Of a DNA stretch of 64,000 nucleotides, positions 53,908-64,000 are shown in pieces. The stretch lies in the NCBI GenBank assembly GCA_964036045.1, contig OZ038378.1:1364001-1428000 (forward strand). The letters run 5' to 3'. Position 1 is the first letter of the stretch; each line of letters starts with the position of its first letter. Position numbers and translations under genes: made by a program. The notes beneath the pieces are model-generated. The model searched no databases. It was not told where the DNA came from and saw only the letters and a list, made by a program, of their open reading frames with translations. The stretch is from Eutreptiella sp. 'Long Island Sound 2002' (taxonomy: Eukaryota > Protista > Euglenida).

Positions 53908-56900
53908 TTATAACTTCCAAAAGTCTGGGTCCTCCTTAGCCGAGTCATAATCTTCGGAACCTTCCACAATGCCATCATATTCAACCATATTGTGAATGTG
54001 TGCATGCAAATCATCATTGTACGCGGCCTGCTGCGCACTAAGGCAAGGAGCCTGTTTCACGGTGGTTAGCGCATCTGAAAGGTCAAGGGCAACATTCAGC
54101 TCTTCCGTCAGCGGCGGACCGCTACCCCTACCCCGACCCCTACCTCTTCCCTTTGTAGCACCCTTTGTACCATCCCCTCGCGTAGCGGCCTTCCTGTCAC
54201 TTGGCTGCACGGTTCGCTTCGCGGCCACGGGCGGGGGAACAGGTCGTGGTGCTTGTGCACCTGCCACATGGACCTCTGTGGAGGAGGCTCGCATGTCCAC
54301 AAATTGGTTGAGTAGCCTCTCCTCCTCTTCGAGAAAGGCCCCTGCATCCTGTCCCTTGTCGGAAAGATGAGTTGCCACTCGATCCACATTAGCTATATAC
54401 TAACGCATCCGGGACTGCAGGTTCCCAAGGGAGCGGACAATCTGCTCGCGTTTCGTTTTGGGTGGCAAATCCGCCCAGGAGGAGATGTCGGTCAACATAA
54501 TCTCATCGTCTGTAGCATGGATTGCCACGGGTACCTGCACTGTGGGTAGGGGGAGGCGTCGGCTGCTGCATTTGGCCTTGATAAGGACCTCAGTTGCAGT
54601 CTGAAATTGTTTTAAAATAAAAATTGGATTGAACAACCCAAGATGGAAGCCGACTGAAGATGACCGATGATGCAAAACAGCAAAATAGTGACGACATGGA
54701 TGCCCGACTCGGACAGCCAGTCCACAACTACACCACAACTGCGTATAGGCACCATCCACAGCCAATGGCTCGAACAGACAAACATAATGTGGACAGTTCA
54801 TGTAACGCGAAGTGCAGCTGGATTCACTTCGCTTTACCTCATATACTATGTTTTTGCCTTGGATTTGTTGCACACGTTTGGAGATCGCACAGAATCTCGG
54901 TAGGTCTACCAACTCCGTCTCAAGTGACTCGTGACACTGTCGATCATAGTTCCATAAGGGTGCTGCCCTGTTGGCATCTATATATTGGGCCTCCCTGGAC
55001 ACGTCATACTCATACACGAGGTACGCAGATGAAGCATTCATCTGCTGGAGCATTCTATCAAACGCCCAGCTTGTCACCTTGCCTAAAACGAACTTGACAT
55101 AGAATGGGAAGGCTTGGTTAGCTGTTTGGTGATTGGCGTGTCGGTGATTCACCATTTCAGTATATTCAAGTTTATAGCCCTCCTTGGAGAGCAAGTGCAA
55201 AACAGATAGAAAAATGTGGTAGTAACCTTTTCTTGCACTCACGTGGCGCTTTATGCGGCAATTCAAAGACTCAGCCCTCTGTGTGGACTTGCAGCCGAGG
55301 TTAAAAACTTCTACCTGCCATGCAACACACCAACAGTCAAGACGATGTAGGGGGGATCTGACTCCAAGGTAGTCCTTGACAGTTTTCCAGCGGGGGTCCT
55401 CCAGAATTTTGCGCCAGAGAATATCAACAGCGTCCTTATCTGGGCACTCCTGAACCTGTCGGATGGCGCTCTCAAGAGCAGTGAAATCGTGTTGCTCGAG
55501 GGAGTTTCGGCAGTTTTCGGCCAGATTTTTGTAAATGTGAAAAAGGCAGAGGAAGTGAGCAGTTTGGTCCGGGGGGAAAACCCTGGGAACGGACCCCAAG
55601 AGGGCGTATGCAGCATCACTGAACAAAACCCGGGGGGCACAACCGGTTGCCTTTATCCACTCCTGCCAGAGCCACTCATAATCCTCTGCATTTTCATCGC
55701 TTGGCATGCAGCCCTGAGCCAGGAGAAGGGTTTGGCCATGTTCGTTGATACCGCAAAACAGGGCCACTGCCTCACCGTACCGATACGTTTTATCTTGAAA
55801 AATGACTTGTGCATATTTTCTGGCGTTTTTTACTTGCTCTGGCGTCATAAAAAACCATCTTCGTACAACACCAGTGACTGGGTCAGGGGCTTCATGATTG
55901 AAATACCCGGCAGGATCTGCCTGTTTGAGCATTTTCAGGTGGTTAATCAAACGTGCAAGATCATTTGGGCCCATCTTGCGTTCGATGGACTTGAAAAAAT
56001 TTCTGATGTGCTTGGTTGAATACCCTTTGATGGCTGGGTACGCGTCCTCGCTATATTTCTTCCTCAAATTTACAAGAATTTGCTCCGACATTTTACGGTG
56101 CTCATACGCCCGCTCAAGGTCGTGCCAGAACTGATCAGGGAGGGCTGAATTGTCCAGTGGGGCGGCCTCCTCCTCGTCAGGCCACCAATGGTCAGAGTGG
56201 TCCCAATTACACTCGGTTAGCTTCCACGGGCCCGTGCCAGGATCATGGGTTAGCGTTGCACCATATGGACACAAATCAGTCTTTGTGAGAGGCCGGGCTG
56301 CTTTTCTGGGCTGCTCTACTGGTTTCTTTTAGGGGCCTGTGTTGTTTTACACGTCCCCAAATGCGACAACCAATACGTGCCCAATTACTCCCCCCTGCAG
56401 CCTTGCTGGTAACACTGTTCTGTATTGCCAACTCCCCCCGAATCCTATTTAGGTATGCAACAGCCTCGGTGTGGGACGGGAAGGTGCAGTCAACCTCGTC
56501 TCCAGGTCGGGGGGAGTGCTCGGAGGGACAATGGGCTTCGCGTTTCACGCGTTTGCGGGGGGGGGGGGTGTCGGGATGAGGTTTAGGATCAGAACGCGGT
56601 GACTGGGCGGCACTAAACTCATGCTTAATTAAGGGGGCCGGACCCGTAGATTCCGTGGGTCCCGAGTCAGATGCCGGGGTTGGAGATATGATGGCAGGGG
56701 GGTTTCTTGCGGGGGCAGTGTTCATTGAAACTGCGTCGACCCGGGGGTACTCATTAGGCTCCATTTTTACCACGGCGGCAAGGCCAGTAGGGACAGGTCT
56801 GGATGATGCACCATTCGGAGGGCTTGTCAGAGCTTCTGGGCCTAGCACATCACTGCTTGAAACTGCCACTTCCGCGCGTTCTGTTTTGACGTTGTCCAAC

Positions 56901-57475
56901 ATTGATGAAGAAACAGATCTCAAGGTCGCACAAAACGGATCGGCATATACACCCTCAAAGAGCAAGGTCATCTTAGCGGTGGTAGGGTGGCCCATGGACG
57001 CGTGCAAGGACCAAAAATTCTTTCGAAGGAAGTCTGCGGTTTGATCCTGCAGCGGGATGCAGTTCCTTGCAACACCACCGCGGAGACGGAACAGTACAAG
57101 AACTCGTTCATTACGGACCCGGGTACCGGTTCTGCGTGAAACTCTACCAATTCGCTGATCATGAACGGGCACACCAGTGATGATGCTCACCAGATTTGAG
57201 ATGGCAGCCTCACTGATATCCTTATGCACACACAGAACGAGGGTTCTGTCGAGGAGTGGCACGAAAATGGGCATCTCTTTCCTCGCACATTGTCCCTTGT
57301 GGAGTAGTCGACACGGTGAGCATCTTCGCCGCCGTTGGTGGTGTCTACGATGCCTCCGATGGAGAAGGGAGAGAACAACGGCGGCCGAAACGACACCACA
57401 AAAGACCATGGTCAGCCCCACAAGGCTCCAGCCGACATCGCATATTGCGCAGAGCAAAAACATTAAGATGGACAT
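53908..57475 (-). pseudogene. Mutator-like (FAR1-MULE-SWIM) transposase with N-terminal ubiquitin-like domain; one frameshift and one nonsense codon
   Basis: MULE core VIFQDKTY...RVLFSDAA...FLCLFHIYKNL...TQRAESLN. SWIM CSCGLAVRVGHPCRHYFAVL. A FAR1-like domain is split across ORFs 56276-57475 and 54400-56274. 53908-54387 is in frame after the TAG at 54400-54402. Confidence 0.88.
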
Positions 57476-57509
57476 GTCTACAACGATGCCCGAACGTGAG
57501 AGGCTTACC

Positions 57510-58945
57510 CCTTTTATTGATTCACAAAGGTCCTCTGATGCACGAATTTTATAGGCTAACCCCTGACTTATGATTTACCAGGGGCCTCTGATGCACGTAC
57601 TTGATAGGCTACCCCCTGACTATTGACTTACCAGGGGCCTCTGATGCACGAACTTGATAGGCTACCCCCTGACTATTGATTTACCGGGGGCCTCTGATGC
57701 ACGAACTTGATAGGCTACCTCCTGACTATTGGTTTACCAAGGGCCTGTGATGCACGAACTTGATAGGCTACCCCCTGACTATTGATTTGCTAGGGGCCTC
57801 TGATGCACGAACCTGATAGGCTACCCCCCGATTATTGATTTACCAGGGGCCTCTGATGCACGAATTGATAGGCTACCCCCTGACTATTGGTTTGCCCGGG
57901 GCCGCTGATGCACGAACTTGATAGGCTACCCCCTGATTATTGATTTACCACGGGCCTCTGATGCACGAACTTGATAGGCTACCCCCTGATTATTGATTTA
58001 CCACGGGCCTCTGATGCACGAACTTGATAGGCTACCCCCTGGCTGTTGATTTACCGGGGGCCTGTGATGCACGAACTTGATAGGCTACCCCCTGATTATT
58101 GATGTACCAGGGGCCTCTGATGCACGAACTTGATAGGCTACCCCCTGACTATTGACTTACCAAGGGCCTCTGATGCACGAACTTGATAGGCTACCCCCTG
58201 ACTATTGAGTTACCAGGGGCCTCTGATGCACGAACTTGATAGGCTACCCCCTGACTATTGATTTACCAGCGGCCTCTGATGCACGAACTTGATAGGCTAC
58301 CCTCTGACTATTGATTTGCTAGGGGCCTCTGATGCACGAACCTGATAGGCTACCCCCCGATTATTGATTTACCAGGGGCCTCTGATGCACGAATTGATAG
58401 GCTACCCCCTGACTATTGATTTACCGGGGGCCTCTGATGCACGAACTTGATATGCTACCCCCTGATTATTGATTTACCACGGGCCTCTGATGCACGAACT
58501 TGATAGGCTACCCCCTGATTATTGATTTACCACGGGCCTCTGATGCACGAACTTGATAGGCTACCCCCTGGCTGTTGATTTACCGGGGGCCTGTGATGCA
58601 CGAACTTGATAGGCTACCCCCTGATTATTGATGTACCAGGGGCCTCTGATGCACGAACTTGATAGGCTACCCCCTGACTATTGACTTATCAAGGGCCTCT
58701 GATGCACGAACTTGATAGGCTACCCCCTGACTATTGAGTTACCAGGGGCCTCTGATGCACGAACTTGATAGGCTACCCCCTGACTATTGATTTACCAGCG
58801 GCCTCTGATGCACGAACTTGATAGGTTACCCTCTGACTATTGATTTACCGGGGGCCTCTAATGAACGAACTTGATAGGCTACCCCCTTACTTTTGATTTA
58901 CGGGGGGGCCTCTGATGCACGAACTTGATAGGCTACCGTCTGACT
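57510..58945 (+). repeat. 53-bp minisatellite, about 27 units, with an internal 529-bp (10-unit) duplication
   Basis: gcctctgatgcacgaacttgataggctaccccctgactattgatttaccaggg at 58166, 58219 and 58272. The variant ggctgttg occurs at 58041 and 58570. Confidence 0.97.
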
Positions 58946-58959
58946 CATGTATGGCAAGA

Positions 58960-59330
58960 CGTTGCCCTCCCCAGCCTTGAAGGATGCGGGGGGATGAGGG
59001 GGGTGGAGGGGGAGGTGAGGGCTGAGCTGGGGCGGGGGGGGGGGGGGGGGCAGGGAGGGGAGGGGGGAGGGTTGGGGGGCTTGGGCGGTTGGAGGGGGAA
59101 TTGGGGGGGCCCCGGGGTTGGAGGAGGGTGCGGGGGGGGATTGGGGGGGATATAGGGAGGTTTGGGGGGGGTAAGGGTGGGGCCAGGGGAGGAGGATGGC
59201 GGAGGAGGCTGGAGGGGCGTAGGGGGGAGAGGGGTGGGGGGGCTTGGGGGGGTTGGAGGGGAGGTTTGGGAGGGCCCGGGGGGGGGAGCGTGGGGGGGGG
59301 ATGCGGGGATAAAAGGGGGGAACACTGGGG
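58960..59330 (+). repeat. G-rich low-complexity tract
   Basis: Dense runs of 3-15 G. Confidence 0.85.
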
Positions 59331-60635
59331 CGTCTGACATACGACGGGCATCAACTCAATTGGTGATTGAATCATGAATCATCCAAAGGCCCACGCACGA
59401 CAGGCAAGGGAACGAAACAAATCAATCAAAGCAGAAGGATTGAGCAAGTAAAATGTGCGAATCCAGTACATGATTCTCAAGGATCCACTAGTATTTGTTC
59501 ACACTTGGGTTAAACGGGAGAAACATATTGGGAGTCAGAATCAGGCTGATGACGACAGCGCTAACTGACACCTTTAAGCACGTGGGGAAACCATAAAAAC
59601 TGGCCGGTAACCTGGAAACAAAACTCGCTGGCTGGGATTCGGCCCAGAGGATGCCGTAGCTTGGTTATCGCCCCCCTATAGGGGGACCCTGTGGCACTCG
59701 AGGTTCCCGGGGTGTGACCACACAGGATCGGCACATCTGTGGCGTCACGTGCCTTCCCCTAGCCTCGGTAGCTGCCTTACCTGCACTAATTGGCCAGCGC
59801 CGTTTCTGAGGTCCCTTTTGACCTGTTTTTAAGGTCAGGAACAAGGTTCACGCCCACTTACAATGTGGGTTGGGTCTGTATAATTCTCTTGGACCCATTT
59901 GGGTTCAAAATTCGAGTTCCCTTAACCGCACCCACGCAACTATGAAGCAAACGACGCAAACGCACTGTAGCTGTGGTGTCTTTGTAGCCTGTATCAGCCA
60001 TTACTCTCAAGGTTAGACAAACGAAAAGGGTTCGGTCCCGTCAAACCAGTCAAATCAGACGAAATGGGGTGCCGTAAAGGCACTGTTACATTTTCAAATA
60101 CCTGGGTAGATATGAATAATACTCTTGAACCTAAAAAATAGCGTGTTGTAACAACACCTGCCGTAACAGGAACAAGTACCTGTACCTGCAATCTGTCCCA
60201 CCTGGTGAAACCAGATGGAAAGTAAGCAATGGGACTCGGTCAAGATTAGATCAAATTAGACCAAGTAGGGTGCCCTTTGGCTCCAAAAAAATGAACAAAC
60301 ACCCCAATGGCGCCAAAGAGAAAGTCACAGGGCTAGACACGCGCGTATCACGCTCTCAAAAGTAGGAGGTCAAACAGAATTCACCGCGCAGGTGGTAGCT
60401 AGAGAAAGGAACAGAATGCAATGGAGCCTGGCCTTTCAATATTATATCTGGGTCCGGGAACCGGTATCACGGGTAAAATCTGCCAAGCAAACAGCAGTCT
60501 GCTGACCCCCCCGCCGTAGAAGAAAGTCGCGGAGCCTGCAATGCGTGGGTTCAGATCTCAGTCTTGGTCCGGCGATGCGCTCTGCCACTACACACGCCAT
60601 CATCTCACTGCCCAAACCACTTCACAATGCAAGCA

Positions 60636-61073
60636 CTAGAAAAACTTGTAGCGCTTCCTCTTCGGGTTCTCGGAACCGCAGAGGGGCCAATTAGGGTTAC
60701 CGGAACCCTCGCGCGAGCCCCCCCACTGACCCTCCAACCCAATGGCGGTCTCATCGGGCAGATAGACCACCCATGCAACTTGGGTGGTTTCCCCCTTTTC
60801 GGTTTCCCGCTCCACTTGCCGAAAGTTCCTACCCCCTGCAAGCCGCTTCTCATTGACGTCCGGGACCCAGAAGGCTTCAAAACTGCTGAGTCGGCCCTGA
60901 GACTCGGGCCGACAGAAGGTGAAAGGGGGGGTGCACTGGTCGGAGTCGACCAGAGCGAGGGGGAGATAGGGGACGACCTTTTCTGGTGGCAGGAGCCACT
61001 GCGTCGGATTGCCCTTGCTGAGCATCTCTTCCACCTCAGCCTTCGCCTTCTGAACAGGGACAGACCTCTTCAT
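60636..61073 (-). CDS. 145-aa ORF of unknown function; may be the C-terminal continuation of the SET gene
   Basis: Its ATG overlaps the TGA of ORF 61070-62590 (ATGA). Composition is protein-like. Confidence 0.4.
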   Translation of the reverse strand: MKRSVPVQKAKAEVEEMLSKGNPTQWLLPPEKVVPYLPLALVDSDQCTPPFTFCRPESQGRLSSFEAFWVPDVNEKRLAGGRNFRQVERETEKGETTQVAWVVYLPDETAIGLEGQWGGSREGSGNPNWPLCGSENPKRKRYKFF

Positions 61074-63528
61074 CTGCCATTTCCCACCCCAATCAACAAA
61101 TTTGGACAGAGTTGTCCAACAAAAACTTGGATCCCGAACGTCAAATTGCTCAAACCTGCTTCCTGCACCGGCAAGGACCCCGTACGAATGAACTCTTTAA
61201 AAACATTTGCCATTGCAAACGTGCAACGATACGGACCCCCGTCGACACGAGCCCTCTTTGCCTTGGGCTCGTCAGGCTCAACGCCGTAGGGGGGGCTGAC
61301 GGGGGAGCTCTTTCCCCAATGCTCAATCCGCGACTGCAGATCAGGCATCTTAGCAAGTGCCCTGGCCACCACCACCTGACAGATCCGCCTGATCCTCGGC
61401 GAATCCAAGCCTTTAGCTTCCCAGACCAGCAGAAACCAGCTGGACTTCCCCCTCAAATTCTTGCTGCACTCGGCAATGACCGAGATGCAGTGGCCCATCC
61501 CTCCCCCAGTCCCTCCACCGCCGTCGACGAGCTTAATGGGATGACCATTAACTCTGCAAATGACATGCCCATAAACCCTGTCCTTCACCCTCTCGTACAC
61601 GGGCTTGTCCTCGGTCTTGATGGTTTTTTTGCCAGGCGGAGCTGCCAGGTGCTCTGCCCGCCACTCAGCCCACTCCAGCGTCGCCCCCCACCGGCTGTCG
61701 ACACCCATAGCCCTCTCTGCCCGGACAAAAAATGTCTTCTGGCGGATACCACGCACTTCAGCATGGTATTCCGCATCATACCCCCTGAGGTCGATTCCGA
61801 CCTGCAGCCACTGACCCGTCTGGCCGTACACGTCCGTCCTATTCTGCACCGAAATCACCTCCCACTTACCACCCACAAACACCATTTCTACGACACCCCC
61901 ATAAGCAGCCCCCTCGAACCCGTAACAAAACCAGGGAGGGTAAACGCCTGCAAGTCGCGACCCAGCCGTGATGAAGTCGCCCCCCAAAGAATTCTGGTCA
62001 CCCCAGACCGTGGTCAACGGCCTGACGAACCTCCCCCTCCGCAAGTCCATCTTGAAACAACAGGTCCGGCTTTCAACCTGTGTCAAGTGCCCCCCCATCT
62101 CGGACCACAGCAGACGCACCCTGTCCCCCTTCCTGACAACAAACTGCCCCCCATCAACATGGGTCACGGTGGCCTGACTGGGGTAGGTCACCTTCGCAGA
62201 AAAATACTGGCGACCCACCATGGACCCGTCATCAGCATACAGTTGCCCTGCAGGCAGGGCAGAGGCGCTGGGAAGAATGTTCTGGGTGGTTGAAACTGGC
62301 TGGTTGGAACCTTCTGCAGCAGGGTCATCAGGGTCAGCAGCATCAGCACGTGGAGGCGAAGGGGGCAACGGGTAATCTACGCCATAGAACAGGGCCAGCT
62401 CTGTACCCGCCTTCACCTCCCGCCGGGTGTAAACTCTCGGGGTACCGTCATCTAGGTGGATGATCAAGTCGCAATCCTCCAGGCGAGGGCGAGCGTTGAT
62501 ACGGCTCAGAATATTCCCCCTTCTACCCCCGTCCACCCAAACCCCCCTCCCAGTCCTTGACTCTGCCCCCCCCGCCCTCGATGCACACAACCTTATCCCC
62601 CCTACCCGTCACGCAATCCGGTGCCGTCCCTTCAATCCTTTCCCCCTTGTACTCCCCCAGGCAGGTGTCCGCCTGAATATCCACCTTCGCTTTCAACCCC
62701 CGGCCTTCCCCAATCGTGGAGACCACGACCTCGAGGTGCTTCTTCATAGAAAAATCCCGCCGCTCCACCACCTCCCGTTGCCCCTCCTCCTCCCCCGCCC
62801 CCGTGTCCCTGGCCCGGCGTTTTTGACCCCGTGTTTTGACCCCCGCCGGTTCCTTGGCAACCCCCCCGCCCCCTTCTTCTGCCCCCTTCCGCCCACCCTC
62901 CGCCTCCGCAGTCTCGGTGTCCTGGCGCCCTTGAGTCGACCCTCTCCGCTCCTGCTCCTCTTTTTCCTACCCCTTCTCCTCCCCCGTTTTCTTTGCCTCC
63001 TCCTCCTCCTCCTCCTCCATCAACACGTCGGTCGGGGTTGGGGTGGGGGAGCGATCTTCAAGCTGCTCCGCTTTCTTCCCGGCCTCCTCCGAGGTCGTTT
63101 GACCCACCGGCGACAGGGCCTCGAAGGGGCGCCGGGGGCTGGGCGAGCCTTCTCCAAGAAGCTGGCGTTCACGACTTGGGCTTTGGCCTCGCTCCTTCTC
63201 ATGGGCCCACTTCTCCGCGAGCTCCTCTCTCCTTTCCTCCTTTTCCTTTTCCTTGAGAACTGAATACAAACAGCAAGGATCAGATTTAAATTCTTCTCGG
63301 AAAAGGAAGAAAATATTTACGCATGCAATTACATACCAAGGGCTCTCACATCCCCTCGGTGCAGGTCCCAGGACGCCTTCCTCCTCTTCTCCTGCTGCGG
63401 CTTCTCCCTGTGCCCCGCCGTCTTGAACCAATCCACGTCCTCCCCCTCTTCCGACTGCAAGTCCTCCCACCCGCGCAGCAGCTCGGCCGCCAGGTCCTTC
63501 GTCGTCTCGGACAGTGGACTCGCAAGAC
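61070..63528 (-). CDS. SET-domain protein (charged N-terminus, SET domain about 62380-62740, long uncharacterised C-terminus); frameshifts in G-rich runs
   Basis: LEVVVSTIGEGRGLKAKVDIQADTCLGEYKGERI (62523-62771 frame) joins VWVDGGRRGNILSRIN...VYTRREVKAGTELALFYGVDY (61070-62590 frame) if one G is removed from a G-run. The upstream exon is linked by a GT-AG intron. Confidence 0.72.
63260..63336 (-). other. 77-nt spliceosomal intron
   Basis: GTATGT...pyrimidine-rich...TTCAG. It is AT-rich within GC-rich exons, and removing it joins ...GDVRAL to VLKEKEKEE in frame. Confidence 0.75.
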
Positions 63529-63784
63529 CTATAGGTGCAGGGATATGGTTTCGTTTATGAGGCTCTTTGTGAATCAGTAATCAGGGGGTATCCTATCGAG
63601 GTTGATGATAAGTGGTGTTGTGCAATCAGTGGCAAACCTGCTTCTGCCCCTTTTTCATCGTCTTTTGGTGCTCCTTCTTCGCCCTCCTCCGCTGCTTCCT
63701 CCTCAGCTTCCGCTCCTTCCTCCGCTTCGGCTTCCGCTGCACCTGGATCAGAGGATGTGCGTTCTATTGCAAGGACCACCCTAG

Positions 63785-64000
63785 CAATGTCGTGCATCAG
63801 GGGCGGTAAATCAATAATCAGGGGGTAGCCAATCAAGTTCGTGCATCAGAGGCCCCTGGCAAATCAATAGTCAGGGGGTAGCCTATCAAGTTCGTGCATC
63901 AGAGGCCCTAGGTAAACCAATAGTCAGGAGGTAGCCTGTCAAGTTCGTGCATCAGAGGCCCCCGGTAAATCAATAGTCAGGGGGTAGCCTATCAAGTACG
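63785..64000 (-). repeat. 53-bp minisatellite in inverted orientation to 57510-58945; runs off the window
   Basis: gggggtagcctatcaagttcgtgcatcagaggcccc, with period 53 (caagttc at 63834 and 63887). A degenerate unit lies at about 63555-63600. Confidence 0.95.

Noticed and set aside
52652-53950. 432-aa LLLNFNS-repeat ORF and its antisense SRRELKL ORFs
   Set aside because: By-product of a stop-free 21-bp minisatellite. It changes frame mid-array and is open on both strands.
57275-57475. Hydrophobic N-terminus suggesting a membrane-anchored transposase
   Set aside because: The true start may be the Met at 57274 that opens the Ub-like domain. There is no evidence that the upstream part is translated.
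57510-58945. CRISPR-like appearance of the 53-bp and 21-bp arrays
   Set aside because: The units are contiguous with no unique spacers, there are no cas genes, and the context is eukaryotic.
58887-59375. Pro-rich and Gly-rich ORFs
   Set aside because: Artefacts of the G-rich low-complexity tract.
61112-63263. 393-aa and 267-aa plus-strand ORFs
   Set aside because: Antisense to the SET gene, which carries the recognisable motifs and the intron.

Overview
Repeat-dominated eukaryotic DNA (one canonical GT-AG intron is visible; no operons, rRNA, tRNA or CRISPR). (1) 1-12.5 kb: a decayed endogenous dsRNA virus of the toti/giardiavirus-like group (RdRp motifs DQSRLDH, SGWRWTALIDT, AQSDD), lying on the minus strand. 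One near-full-length copy (8170-12526) has an ORF1 containing a ubiquitin-like domain. Three partial copies are fused into a host repeat and amplified with it as 2548-bp and 4960-bp tandem units. (2) 12.5-31.6 kb: the host repeat itself, a 2466-bp higher-order unit (914 + 1552 bp) in 5 near-identical copies, followed by a diverged monomer that is split by a 2.6-kb insertion with a 14-bp target-site duplication. (3) 31.6-52.6 kb: degenerate transposon debris (MuDR remnant, Ty3/gypsy pol remnant, small inverted arrays, local duplications). (4) 52.7-58.9 kb: a Mutator-like transposase with an N-terminal ubiquitin-like domain ending in LRGG, broken by one frameshift and one stop, and bracketed by 21-bp and 53-bp minisatellites. 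(5) 58.9-64 kb: an intron-containing SET-domain gene lying between two inverted 53-bp arrays. The host species cannot be determined from the sequence. All family assignments come from motif recognition by eye, not from database searches.
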